Below are positions 9,401-18,738 of a stretch of DNA of 61,833 nucleotides, piece after piece. The position numbers and the translations under genes are program-made. The DNA lies in the NCBI GenBank assembly GCA_017540125.1, contig JAFYBS010000009.1, forward strand, positions 1-61,833, written 5' to 3'. Position 1 is the first letter of the stretch, and each line of letters begins with the position of its first letter. Under the pieces are notes generated by a model that saw only the letters and a list, made by a program, of their open reading frames with translations, was not told the origin of the DNA and made no database searches. Origin of the DNA: Eubacterium sp. (GTDB taxonomy: Bacteria; Bacillota; Clostridia; Lachnospirales; Lachnospiraceae).

Positions 9401-10921
9401 CTTGATGCGCGGAGGGATCGGCATATGCGGGTCCACGAAGGTGGAAAACCGGTCTACGATCTCACCGCCCTGCACCTTCACCGCGCCGATCTCGATGATG
9501 CGGCAACGGGTGGGGGAAAATCCGGTCGTCTCCAGGTCAAACACTACAAACGAATCCTGAAGCGACTGGCCTTTTTCATTCACTACCGTCTCTTCGGTGT
9601 CGTCCACCAGATAAATCTCACTTCCGTAGATCACTTTGAAGTCCGCATCTTTATCCTTTTTCAGGATATCCATATAGGCATGCTCGGCGTCCGGAAAGGA
9701 CTGCACCACACCGTGATCCGTGATCGCCACGGCTTTGTGTCCCCATCGGTAAGCCGTCTTCACCAGCTTCCCGGTATCCGTCATGGCATCCGTATCACTC
9801 ATCTGCGTATGGGCGTGTAATTCTACTCTTTTGTACTCGCAGGCATCCATCCGCACGGTTCGGAAATCATCCATCTCCTGAATTCCGTCCACCGGCATGA
9901 TGTTGATCTCATGGGTGAATCGTTCATCGTAGACAATCTTTCCTTTTACCTTCAGAAAATTTCCCTTGCCGATAAACTCGCCCAAAGAGTATTCATCGTA
10001 CTCCTCCTGGTCGATAAAAAGCTTGCACATGATCGTATCATGAAAATCCGTCAGAGCGAACGTCACCAGGCGAAGTCCCTCTTTCTTTTTGATCTCGATC
10101 ACTTCACTCTTCGTCACCATACCGGCGATCACAACCTCACCGATCCCGTCAAAAAGATCGGCAACGGACGTGATGTCACCGTCGACATTTTTCCCGTAAA
10201 CCATACCGGGTGCGGGGGCATTTTTCCGCCGCTTTTTCTTTTCCGGTTTCGGTTCCGGTTTCGACTCTGTTTCCTTCGCTGCCTCCTCGGGCTCCTGTGC
10301 CTTTTCCAGGACCACCGGTTCCGCTTCGACAAGCTGTTCTGTTTCAACCTCAAACACCGGTTCCGGCTCTCTCATCATGGCCGGCTCTTTTTTATTCTTT
10401 TTCTTTTTGGGTTTTACGTAACAAAAATGAACCCGTATGGACCGGTCAAACCGATCTCTCATACAGGATGTCAGAAACTCTTCCATCTTGGCACTTCGAT
10501 CATGGGATACCGGCTGATCTTCGCAGGTGATACGGATGGTTGAATCGTCCTCCACCTCGAAGTTTTCGCCGCAGAAGGTATGATAATAAAGCGGATGATA
10601 ATCACGAATTTCATCCACCAGTTCTTTTTCGTAGGACTTCAAAATCCGGGCGGACGGTTCTTCTTCATCGACAGAAAAATGAACCCGCAAAACCGGACGA
10701 TAAACGGTCTTTCTGAAAACCTGATCAAACAGTGCTTTCTCCACCCGCTCGATATCGCGACGGGCGATGATCTCACGGCTTTCCAGCTCTACCTCGGCCA
10801 GTCTCCTGGCACCGGACGCACTGACTTTTCTCACGGTTACGTCGGAAAAAATGTGATATAGACGCGACTCCAGATCCACTCCGGAAAATGCATCAAAAAA
10901 CAGAGTTTGTTCCGAACTCAA
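6428..10921 (-). CDS. polC: DNA polymerase III PolC
   Basis: OB fold, PHP (ELHAHT..AITDH), exonuclease (VFDLETTG), GSRGSVGSS, PDIDLNFSG, KLDILGHD; TTG start. Confidence 0.99.
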   Translation of the reverse strand: MSSEQTLFFDAFSGVDLESRLYHIFSDVTVRKVSASGARRLAEVELESREIIARRDIERVEKALFDQVFRKTVYRPVLRVHFSVDEEEPSARILKSYEKELVDEIRDYHPLYYHTFCGENFEVEDDSTIRITCEDQPVSHDRSAKMEEFLTSCMRDRFDRSIRVHFCYVKPKKKKNKKEPAMMREPEPVFEVETEQLVEAEPVVLEKAQEPEEAAKETESKPEPKPEKKKRRKNAPAPGMVYGKNVDGDITSVADLFDGIGEVVIAGMVTKSEVIEIKKKEGLRLVTFALTDFHDTIMCKLFIDQEEYDEYSLGEFIGKGNFLKVKGKIVYDERFTHEINIMPVDGIQEMDDFRTVRMDACEYKRVELHAHTQMSDTDAMTDTGKLVKTAYRWGHKAVAITDHGVVQSFPDAEHAYMDILKKDKDADFKVIYGSEIYLVDDTEETVVNEKGQSLQDSFVVFDLETTGFSPTRCRIIEIGAVKVQGGEIVDRFSTFVDPHMPIPPRIKELTKITDEMVAGAPDISSILPDFMRFCDGSILVAHNAAFDHGFIKAKAAELGAETFYTVVDTVGIARVLFPDMGKATLDAVAKKMKISLENHHRAVEDAEATAQIFVKMIRILEKEGITDLHGLYERTHRAPEITRRRPMYHAIVLACNEVGRVNLYRLISDSHLKYFNRRPRVPKSELDDFREGLIVGSACEAGELYQAILDDRDENRIEEIASFYDYLEVQPVENNAFMIENAKHRESYERINSYEDLREINRQIVALGDKLGKPVCATCDVHFLDPEDAIYREILLAGKKITDEQQPPLFLRTTEEMLEEFSYLGREKALEVVVTNTNRIADRIEVISPVFPDKCAPVIPDSDKQLREICYRKAHQMYGEDLPEVVEERLERELNSIISNGFAVMYIIAQKLVWKSNEDGYLVGSRGSVGSSFVATMAGITEVNPLPAHYYCESCHYSDFDSEEVKAFSGSSGYDMPPKNCPVCGTPLTRDGHDIPFETFLGFYGNKEPDIDLNFSGEYQAKAHAYTEVIFGDGQTYRAGTVGTIADKTAFGYVKNFFSEKQIHKRPEEIERLMEGVAGVKNSTGQHPGGIVVLPLGWDINVFTPIQHPANKDIPIITTHYDYHKIDNNLLKLDILGHDDPTMIRMLEDITEVDALKIPLDDEKVLSLFAGTQALGVEPSDLMGTDLGCLGIPEMGTEFVMQMLRDTHPKNFSDLVRISGLSHGTDVWLNNAQYYIKNGDCTLSSAICTRDDIMTYLIYAGVEKGLAFDIMEKVRKGLVAKGKVEKWEEWKATMLECGVPEWYAESCSKIKYMFPKAHAVAYVMMAFRIAWFKVYHPLAYYAAYFSIRAKAFDYELMCQGQAALEAKMKEYEERSKSKDPSVKLQKKEEDAFADMKIVQEMYARGYDFAPIVLEEAEPRRFTLTEDGRLMPSLISINGVAEAAADSIADAVKDGPFSSCKNFKDRTHVTQNSVEKLRELGILGDIPLDDQMSLLDFM

Positions 10922-10952
10922 AAAATCACTCCTAACATAATACTTGCGATAT

Positions 10953-12002
10953 TCACATACGGTCCAATTCTTCCTTCAGAGCTGCCAGTAACTGATCCTC
11001 CGGCAGCTTTTTGATCACTTCACCATGACGGAACAACAGTCCTTCTCCGATGCCTCCCGCGATTCCGATGTCTGCCTCCTTCGCTTCTCCCGGACCGTTC
11101 ACAACGCATCCCATCACAGCTACCTTACATTCTTTATCATCATAAGTCTGAACCAGATCTTCCACCTGTTCGGCCAGAGAGATCAGATCGATCTGCGTTC
11201 GACCGCAGGTCGGACAGGACACCACCTCGATACCGCCCTTCCGCAGTCCCAGCGTACGCAGGATTTCCTTTCCAACCTGTATCTCCTTCACCGGTTCACC
11301 GGTAAGCGAAACGCGGATCGTATCACCGATCCCCTGATACAGGATCACGCCGAGTCCCAATGCCGATTTAACACTCCCCGTCAGCACCGTGCCTGCCTCC
11401 GTGATGCCGACATGCAATGGGATATCCGTCTGATCGGCGATCCGTTCATGCGCCCGGATCGCCATCCTCACATCCGAAGACTTGATGGAGATCACCAGCT
11501 CCCGATAGCCCATCTCTTCGATCAATGCCGCTTTATCCAGCGCGCTTTCCACCAGGCCTTCCGCCGTTACGCCACCGTATTTTTCCAGAAGCTCCTTCTC
11601 CAGAGATCCGCTGTTTACGCCGACCCGGATAGGCACCCGATGCTCCCTGCAGCAATCCACCACCGCCTGCACCCGGTCTTTACTTCCTATGTTTCCGGGA
11701 TTGATCCGGATCTTGTCCGCTCCGTTCTCCACCGCTGCGATGGCCAGTTTATAATCAAAGTGAATATCCGCCACCAAAGGTATGCTGATCCCCTTTTTTA
11801 TCTCCGCGACAGCCTCTGCCGCTTCCATCGTAGGAACTGCGCAGCGGATGATATCACAGCCGGCCTTCTCCAGCTCACGGATCTGTTTCACCGTCGCTTC
11901 GACGTCCTCCGTTTTAGTGTTAGTCATAGACTGAAGCGCAATAGGATAATCCCCACCGATGATAACATCACCAATTTTAACTTCCCTACTTTTTCTTCTC
12001 AT
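10953..12002 (-). CDS. ispG: HMBPP synthase
   Basis: QSMTNT, VADIHF, RINPGNIG, SCPTCGRT, MGCVVNGPGE. Confidence 0.99.
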   Translation of the reverse strand: MRRKSREVKIGDVIIGGDYPIALQSMTNTKTEDVEATVKQIRELEKAGCDIIRCAVPTMEAAEAVAEIKKGISIPLVADIHFDYKLAIAAVENGADKIRINPGNIGSKDRVQAVVDCCREHRVPIRVGVNSGSLEKELLEKYGGVTAEGLVESALDKAALIEEMGYRELVISIKSSDVRMAIRAHERIADQTDIPLHVGITEAGTVLTGSVKSALGLGVILYQGIGDTIRVSLTGEPVKEIQVGKEILRTLGLRKGGIEVVSCPTCGRTQIDLISLAEQVEDLVQTYDDKECKVAVMGCVVNGPGEAKEADIGIAGGIGEGLLFRHGEVIKKLPEDQLLAALKEELDRM

Positions 12003-12070
12003 ACTTCCTCACATAATCCAAATTGAACTATCCGGAATCCAAGCGCCGCGCCCGGCCGGTGTCATCTCCA

Positions 12071-13195
12071 TCAGAATAACTTGATGATATCATTCGCCAA
12101 GATGAACACCATCAGCGCCATCAGCACAGCAAATCCGCCGACATTGACATACGTCTCCACTTTCCGCGGTAGTGGTTTTCGTCGGATCAATTCGATGATG
12201 AGGAAAAGCAAACGTCCTCCATCCAGCGCCGGGATCGGCAACAGGTTCATGACACCCAGGTTCGCCGTGATGAGGATACTGAACATAAGAAGATTCATCA
12301 CGACCGTAGTTACACCGTCCGGCCGGCTTTCCTCCACAACCTGCCCAACCTGTTGGACGATTCCCACCGGCCCCGATATCTGTTTCGTACTGACCTGTCC
12401 GGTGATCATCAGCCCCAGACTTTTGATCGTGGTATCGATCCAGAACTTCACCTCGTAAGCGGAATACTTCAAAGTCCCGAGAAAACCGACCTTCTCCCGC
12501 GGTGCGGAATGAAAAAATCCGAACTGGTATTTTTCACTGCCATCCTCCTGCTTCACCAGTTTCGGAGCGATATCCATCTCCATCTCTTTTCCGTCTCTCT
12601 CGATGACAAAATGCACCGGCGAACCATCCAGCTTGTGAAAGATCGGATAATAACTGATCTCACGGTTGACCACGATGGACGAGCCGCCCATCTCCTTAAT
12701 CACGTCACCCTCCTGAAGGCCGGCCTCTGCCGCCGGGCTTCCCGGATCCGTCCCGGTGATCACCGCCGGATCGTGTCCTATCCCTCCGATCACGATCAGC
12801 GAAAGGATAAACGCCAGAATAAAATTGAAAAACGGTCCCGCAAAGATAATCGCCATCCTTGCCCAGACCGACTTCCGGCTGAAGGATCTCTCGTCATCGA
12901 CATCCTCCTCCTCGCCGAGCATCATACAGGATCCGCCGAAGGGCAGGATCTTCCAGGAATAGATCGTATGCTCGTCGTACTCCGGGTGTTCTTCAAAATA
13001 AGCCGTCGATTTAAAAATCAACAACCGGTGTTTCGTTCCGTCACCGGCCCAGGACAGGATTCTGGGTCCCATCCCCAGGGAAAACTCAATCACCCCCACA
13101 TGATTTGCCTTCGCAACGATAAAGTGTCCGAACTCGTGAAAAATGATAATCACGCTGAACACCAAAATCGCCAAAACAATCGATCCGATACTCAT
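12071..13195 (-). CDS. rseP: RIP metalloprotease RseP/RasP
   Basis: HEFGH zinc motif, PDZ domain, NLLPIPALDGG. Confidence 0.97.
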   Translation of the reverse strand: MSIGSIVLAILVFSVIIIFHEFGHFIVAKANHVGVIEFSLGMGPRILSWAGDGTKHRLLIFKSTAYFEEHPEYDEHTIYSWKILPFGGSCMMLGEEEDVDDERSFSRKSVWARMAIIFAGPFFNFILAFILSLIVIGGIGHDPAVITGTDPGSPAAEAGLQEGDVIKEMGGSSIVVNREISYYPIFHKLDGSPVHFVIERDGKEMEMDIAPKLVKQEDGSEKYQFGFFHSAPREKVGFLGTLKYSAYEVKFWIDTTIKSLGLMITGQVSTKQISGPVGIVQQVGQVVEESRPDGVTTVVMNLLMFSILITANLGVMNLLPIPALDGGRLLFLIIELIRRKPLPRKVETYVNVGGFAVLMALMVFILANDIIKLF

Positions 13196-13292
13196 GTTTC
13201 TAAACTCTCCTTATCTCCTCTACATCGATGATTATCCGTCACCCGGCCACGGTTTCTTTCAACCGGACCGCCTTCAGGTTACTTCGAAATCT

Positions 13293-14528
13293 TCACAGCT
13301 TTTCCTCCAGCAACCGATAGGTCCACGCCTCCGCTTCCAGGATATCCTCCAACGACGGATCCGGAATCACCGTATGTTGTTCCATCGCATACTCTATCAT
13401 ACCATATATTTGTAAAAATGGAAGTCTTTTCTGCAAAAAATTTTTCACAGCGAATTCATTGGCCGCATTCATCACCGTCGGCATCGACCCTCCGATCCGC
13501 GCACTTTCCGTAGCAAGTGGGATTCCCCGGAGCACATCGGTATTCGGTTTTTCAAAAGAAATCTGCGCGATTTCTTCAAAATCCAACCTCTCATCGTCCA
13601 GATATCTTCTCTCGGGATACATCAGGGCATACTGGATCGGAACCCGCATATCCGGGCTTCCGATCTGCGCCAGCACCGCTCCGTCCCGGAATCCGACCAT
13701 CGAATGAATGATGCTTTTCGGCTGAACCAGCACATGCACTTTTTCCAACGGTACATTAAAGAGCCACTTCGCCTCGATAATCTCCAACCCCTTGTTTATC
13801 ATAGAGGCCGAATCGATCGTGATCTTCGGTCCCATGGACCAGTTCGGATGAGCCAGTGCCTGATCTACGGTCACCTGCTCCAGTTGGGTTGCTGTCGCTT
13901 TCCGAAACGGTCCTCCGGATGCCGTCAGAAAAATAGTTTCTATAGGGAAATCTGTTTCTCCCCCGTCGGCACCGGATTTTTCACCGGATCCATCCTCCCA
14001 CCGGGCCACCGGAATCCCGTCTTCAAAAGGTCCCTCCGGCAAACCCTGCAGGCACTGAAAAATGGCCGAATGCTCACTGTCCACCGGGAGCAGCCGAACC
14101 CGGTGTTTTCTCGCTTCCTTCATGATCAGATGACCGGCACAGACCAGTGTCTCTTTGTTCGCCAGGGCGATATCCTTGTCATGCCGGATTGCCTCCAGTA
14201 CCGGTCTCAGGCCGATCATTCCCACCATAGCGGCCACCACCAGCTCTACCGGCTCAGCTGTTACGGCACGGATATAGCCTTCCATGCCGAAAAGAATCTC
14301 CGGCTTGCGTTCAACATCCTTCAGTCGTTCACTCAGATCGGCCGAGGTGCTCTCATCCTTCATCACGACAAGCTTCGGCCTGAACTCTCTCACCTGCTGT
14401 TCCATAAGGGTGACGTTCGTCCCGGCCACCAGAGAAAAGATCTCAAACTCCTGCGGATAGGCGCGCACGATCTCCAGTGTCTGCGTTCCGATAGACCCGG
14501 TCGATCCTAATATAGTTAAACACTTCAT
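13293..14528 (-). CDS. dxr: 1-deoxy-D-xylulose-5-phosphate reductoisomerase
   Basis: LGSTGSIG, LANKE, PVDSEHSA, HPNWSMGPKITIDSA, NKGLE. Confidence 0.99.
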   Translation of the reverse strand: MKCLTILGSTGSIGTQTLEIVRAYPQEFEIFSLVAGTNVTLMEQQVREFRPKLVVMKDESTSADLSERLKDVERKPEILFGMEGYIRAVTAEPVELVVAAMVGMIGLRPVLEAIRHDKDIALANKETLVCAGHLIMKEARKHRVRLLPVDSEHSAIFQCLQGLPEGPFEDGIPVARWEDGSGEKSGADGGETDFPIETIFLTASGGPFRKATATQLEQVTVDQALAHPNWSMGPKITIDSASMINKGLEIIEAKWLFNVPLEKVHVLVQPKSIIHSMVGFRDGAVLAQIGSPDMRVPIQYALMYPERRYLDDERLDFEEIAQISFEKPNTDVLRGIPLATESARIGGSMPTVMNAANEFAVKNFLQKRLPFLQIYGMIEYAMEQHTVIPDPSLEDILEAEAWTYRLLEEKL

Positions 14529-14543
14529 ATTGTTCTCCCTGTA

Positions 14544-14680
14544 AGGAACTGATCAACAGTATTTCAGCGAGGGGCCTGTCGCGAACGCTGGTGCGTAGGC
14601 GCCGTATTTTGGCGCCATGCACCATTGCGTTCGGGAAGGGCGCAAGCGGAGCCCCGAGCGAAAACTGTTGATCAGTTCCA
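14544..14680. repeat. MITE-like palindromic element with 16-bp terminal inverted repeats
   Basis: GGAACTGATCAACAGT (14545-14560) / ACTGTTGATCAGTTCC (14664-14679), nested internal stems, TA on both outer flanks. Confidence 0.6.
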
Positions 14681-15487
14681 TATTGTCGAAAATAATAAAA
14701 GATAATAGACGAACGGTGCAACAAAGATAACACTATCGAAACGGTCTAATATGCCTCCGTGCCCCGGAATAATATTGCCGTAATCCTTCACCTCATAATT
14801 CCTTTTGATCGCTGAAGCTGCGAGGTCACCGAAGATGGATACGACGGCACTGATCATCACCACGATCGGAAAAACAATCTGAGGCGAGATACTGAACCAG
14901 GCCGACATCGAATCCGGTACGAAGAAAGAATAGATGAAGGAAAGTAAGCCCGCTCCGATGACACCGCCGATACATCCCTCCATGGTTTTCTTCGGACTCA
15001 GTTCGGAAAAATGATGCTTCCCGATCAGCTTTCCGACACAGTAGGCACAGGTATCTGCGCCCCAGGAACCGAATACGATCAGCCATACCAGCCACTCGCC
15101 GTCGAACAGTGCTACCCGGGTAAAAATCACATAGGATAATAGCATACCACCGTAGACGATGGCAAAGAAACACTGCGCGATCGCTTCGATCCGAAGCTTC
15201 GGATACTGCTTGACATAGATAACGAGAAGCAGCACCAGCGAAACTACCAGAAGCGGTGTCACATAGGAAACCTCCTCCAGCGCAACCAGAATATAATAAC
15301 CGATAACGGCAAAATATGTCACGATACCGATCGCCTTTTTCTCATAACCGAAAACTCTCATCAATTCGAAATCCGCGATCAGGGCCAGCAAGCCGAACAC
15401 AATGGTTACAAACGGGTCGCCGAAAACAAACGTTGCGATCAGCCCGATCACCAGTACGATTCCGCTCAGCAATCTGGTAACAAACAT
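14672..15487 (-). CDS. cdsA: Phosphatidate cytidylyltransferase
   Basis: Membrane protein with SPKKTMEG and PGHGGILDRFDS. Confidence 0.98.
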   Translation of the reverse strand: MFVTRLLSGIVLVIGLIATFVFGDPFVTIVFGLLALIADFELMRVFGYEKKAIGIVTYFAVIGYYILVALEEVSYVTPLLVVSLVLLLVIYVKQYPKLRIEAIAQCFFAIVYGGMLLSYVIFTRVALFDGEWLVWLIVFGSWGADTCAYCVGKLIGKHHFSELSPKKTMEGCIGGVIGAGLLSFIYSFFVPDSMSAWFSISPQIVFPIVVMISAVVSIFGDLAASAIKRNYEVKDYGNIIPGHGGILDRFDSVIFVAPFVYYLLLFSTIWN

Positions 15488-15539
15488 CTCCCGCTCCTTT
15501 CTCTAAAGAAACACAGATTTAATCAGCGTTTCCCAACCC

Positions 15540-16268
15540 TTAGTTATCACTCTCGTTTAACCCACCGAATCGACGATCGACATGATTAAAATAATCGATC
15601 GCTTTTTCCAGTTCTTTTTTATCAAACTCCGGCCATGTTTTATCCGTGAAATAAAACTCCGCGTAAGCCAGTTGCCAGAGAAGATAATTTGAAAGGCGCT
15701 GTTCTCCTCCCGTCCGGACCAGTAGCTCGGGATCCGGCACCATATGGGTGTCCAACCGGTTTGAAACAAAATCCTCATCAATTTCCCCGGCGGTAACACG
15801 TCCTGCCACGGCATCCTCCGCCACACTCCGGACCATCCGGACGATCTCATCCCGACTTCCGTAGTTTAATGCTATGGATACGTCCAGCCCCGTATTGTTT
15901 TCGGTGGTTTCCTCCAGTTCCCGGATTGCCTGTAAAAATGACTCCGATAAAACAGTCCGGTCGCCAATCACCCGCATACGGAGATTGTTTTTCATCGACC
16001 GTTTGATGGAGCTTCGCAATTCGGCCTCCAAAAGATCCATCAGTTCGTCCACCTCTTCCTTCGGTCTCTTCCAATTCTCCGTGGAGAAGGCATACATCGT
16101 GATGTAATCCACTCCCAGGTCTCTGGCTGCCCGACAGATCCGTTCAACATTCCTCGCCCCCTCGGCATGCCCCGCCTTCCTCGGCAGATGCCGTCTCTTC
16201 GCCCAACGGCCGTTCCCGTCTAATATTATAGCAATATGTCTTGGTATCGTTCTTTCCTCACCACTCAT
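15540..16268 (-). CDS. uppS: Undecaprenyl diphosphate synthase
   Basis: HIAIILDGNGRWA, FSTENWKRP, RTGGEQRLSNYLLWQ; start moved to 16268. Confidence 0.98.
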   Translation of the reverse strand: MSGEERTIPRHIAIILDGNGRWAKRRHLPRKAGHAEGARNVERICRAARDLGVDYITMYAFSTENWKRPKEEVDELMDLLEAELRSSIKRSMKNNLRMRVIGDRTVLSESFLQAIRELEETTENNTGLDVSIALNYGSRDEIVRMVRSVAEDAVAGRVTAGEIDEDFVSNRLDTHMVPDPELLVRTGGEQRLSNYLLWQLAYAEFYFTDKTWPEFDKKELEKAIDYFNHVDRRFGGLNESDN

Positions 16269-16292
16269 ATCAATCCATCCCCTGTATACATG

Positions 16293-16330
16293 AAACAAGT
16301 ATCGGGCGCGAAAGCGCCCGATACTTGTTT
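16293..16330. terminator. Perfect 17-bp hairpin after frr (terminator-like, symmetric)
   Basis: AAACAAGTATCGGGCGC-GAAA-GCGCCCGATACTTGTTT. Confidence 0.75.
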
Positions 16331-16347
16331 ATCTCCCATCTCAAAAA

Positions 16348-16902
16348 CTAAACCGTCATAACCTCTGAGGTCTTACTATCGATGGCCGCATCCACTTCCT
16401 TGATAAACCGGTCTGTAAGTTTCTGGATATCCGCCTCCAGATCCTTCCCTTCATCCTCGGAAATCTCGTTTGCCTTCGATGCCTTCTTCACCGCATCGTT
16501 GGCATCCCGACGGATATTCCGGATCGCCACCTTGGTGTCCTCACCCTTTTTCTTTACATCCTTCGCCAGTTCCTTTCGCCGTTCCTCCGTCAACTCCGGG
16601 AATACCAGACGAATCACTTTTCCGTCGTTGGCAGGAGTGAGACCGATATCGGAAGCGATGATCGCCTTCTCAATCTCCTTCATGAGGGACGCGTCCCAGG
16701 GCGCAATCTGTATCATCCTGGCCTCGGGCACGGATACGTTGGCTACCCCCTGAATCGGAGTCGGAGTACCGTAGTAATCCACTTCCACCTTATCCAGCAC
16801 ATGGGGATTGGCTCTCCCTGCACGGATCGTCATATAATCTTCCCGGAGATTGGAAAGTGATTTTTCCATCTTGCTCTCATAGGTATTGATATCAAAGCTC
16901 AT
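16348..16902 (-). CDS. frr: Ribosome recycling factor
   Basis: IRAGRANP, PELTEERRKEL, VAIRNIRRDAND. Confidence 0.99.
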   Translation of the reverse strand: MSFDINTYESKMEKSLSNLREDYMTIRAGRANPHVLDKVEVDYYGTPTPIQGVANVSVPEARMIQIAPWDASLMKEIEKAIIASDIGLTPANDGKVIRLVFPELTEERRKELAKDVKKKGEDTKVAIRNIRRDANDAVKKASKANEISEDEGKDLEADIQKLTDRFIKEVDAAIDSKTSEVMTV

Positions 16903-16955
16903 AGCTTCCTCCCTTTCTGAGAAACCGTATTCTGCATAACTCTGCCTGTAACAGC

Positions 16956-17660
16956 CTACGCGTGAATCATCGTCCCGGTGGTATCACCGGCCACGGTTCG
17001 AAGAATCGAGTTTTCCTCATTCAAACCGAAAACATACATCGGCATGTGATTTTCCATACAGAGAACCGCTGCTGCGAGATCCACCACACCCAGCTGCTTG
17101 TCTACGATCTCACGCATCTCCATAACATCATAGCGTTTGGCATCGGGACAGGTATTCGGATCCTTGTCATAAACACCGTCTACTGATTTTGCTGCCAGAA
17201 TGATCTCGGCATCGATTTCGATAGCCCGAAGCGCTGTTGCCGTATCCGTAGAAAAATACGGATGACCGGTTCCTCCTGCCAAAAATACCACCATACTTTT
17301 TCCGAGGTATTTATTCACACGGTCCTTGGAAAACAACTTGGTGAAGGAGCCGCATTCAAAAGGAGTCAGAACCGCTGTCCGAAGTCCTGTTGAACGGCAG
17401 ATCTCCGACATGTAAATACAGTTCATCACGGTTGCCATCATCCCGATCTGATCCGCCTTGGTCCGATCGATGGCATCACTGGAGCGACCCCGCCAGAAGT
17501 TTCCGCCGCCGATCACGACAGCCACTTCCACGCCGTCATCCACCAGTTTTTTGATCTGTTCCGCCACCGGTCTCGCCGTCGACTCATCCAATCCGGTTCC
17601 TTTTTCACCGGCCAGTGCCTCGCCGCTCAGCTTCAGCAGTACTCTTTTATACTTTGCCAT
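16956..17660 (-). CDS. pyrH: UMP kinase
   Basis: YKRVLLKLSGEAL, GGGNFWRG, GTGHPYFSTDT. Confidence 0.99.
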   Translation of the reverse strand: MAKYKRVLLKLSGEALAGEKGTGLDESTARPVAEQIKKLVDDGVEVAVVIGGGNFWRGRSSDAIDRTKADQIGMMATVMNCIYMSEICRSTGLRTAVLTPFECGSFTKLFSKDRVNKYLGKSMVVFLAGGTGHPYFSTDTATALRAIEIDAEIILAAKSVDGVYDKDPNTCPDAKRYDVMEMREIVDKQLGVVDLAAAVLCMENHMPMYVFGLNEENSILRTVAGDTTGTMIHA

Positions 17661-17673
17661 GTTTTCCCCTTTA

Positions 17674-18723
17674 TCACTCGAAGAATGTATCCAGATCCAC
17701 GTCAGCGAACTGCAGTGAGCAATGTCCGTCGATTACGGCACCGGAATTGATCTGGATGGACTTGGCTTTGATGTCACCCTTAACAACCGCTGTCGAATCG
17801 ATGATAACCGGTCCGTTTACCTCGATATTTCCTTTCACTGCCCCGGCTACAACAACCGATGTGGAGCTGATTCCACCGATTACGACCGTTCCGACATCGA
17901 TCTTAACGATGCCCTTGGAATTCAGATCACCTTCCAATCTCGGTGTATTCACATAAATCTCGGATGCGTTGGTGTTTCCGGCAACACGACCGGTGATCGT
18001 CAGCTTCCCGGCGCACTCTACATCACCCTCGATGGTACCTTTGACTACCAGAGAGGTATCACTCTTGATACCACCGTTGATTGTCGTTCCTTTGGTAATA
18101 ACAGTTACTTCATCTGTTGACAGTTCCACATCTTCCACGCTCTCAGCACTCATAGCTCTTGCCTCCATATCTGAATTCACAACCGGTGTTTCCATAACCG
18201 TTTCTTCTACAACTGGCATATCCATCTCAACCGACGGTTGCGTCGCTGCCGCATACTCAGGCTCCGCCTCCATCGGCGCAGGCGTCGGATCCGGAATAAC
18301 CGGCTCCTCCATAACCGGTTCCGGTATCACCGGTTCTTCCACCGGAGCACTCATCTCCGGCATATCAAACGACGCCGGAATCCCTGGCTCCGGTACGGGC
18401 TCTTCCATAGGGAAAGCCTCCGGTATAGCCGTATCCTCCGAAAGGGAGATGTCCGGGATGTCTGAAACACCGGGGATATCAATAGAATCCGGCATCGGGA
18501 TCTCCGGTTCCTCCATAACCGGTTTCGAAATCTCCATCGAATCCGCCGGTTTGGTAAACATCATCGCCGGCTCCTCTATCCCATCATCCGGCATAGGTAC
18601 ATCCGCAGCGAAATCCTCAACTGCAACATCCGCGACATCCTTTTCCTGATCCTCATCAAAAGTCTCTGTCAGTTCGGTCACTGACTGAGCGATGTCTTCC
18701 TTCAATTCCTTAAAAAAGCTCAT
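17674..18723 (-). CDS. Bactofilin (polymer-forming cytoskeletal protein) with long acidic, Pro-rich N-terminus
   Basis: C-terminal ~135 aa of [VI]xG[DN][IV] beta-helix repeats (TVITKGTTINGGIK..GAVIDGHC). Confidence 0.88.
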   Translation of the reverse strand: MSFFKELKEDIAQSVTELTETFDEDQEKDVADVAVEDFAADVPMPDDGIEEPAMMFTKPADSMEISKPVMEEPEIPMPDSIDIPGVSDIPDISLSEDTAIPEAFPMEEPVPEPGIPASFDMPEMSAPVEEPVIPEPVMEEPVIPDPTPAPMEAEPEYAAATQPSVEMDMPVVEETVMETPVVNSDMEARAMSAESVEDVELSTDEVTVITKGTTINGGIKSDTSLVVKGTIEGDVECAGKLTITGRVAGNTNASEIYVNTPRLEGDLNSKGIVKIDVGTVVIGGISSTSVVVAGAVKGNIEVNGPVIIDSTAVVKGDIKAKSIQINSGAVIDGHCSLQFADVDLDTFFE

Positions 18724-18738
18724 GGTAAACCTCCATTT

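Noticed and set aside
6428-10921. Intein or intron in polC
   Set aside because: Length and domain order are normal; no splicing motifs or LAGLIDADG signature
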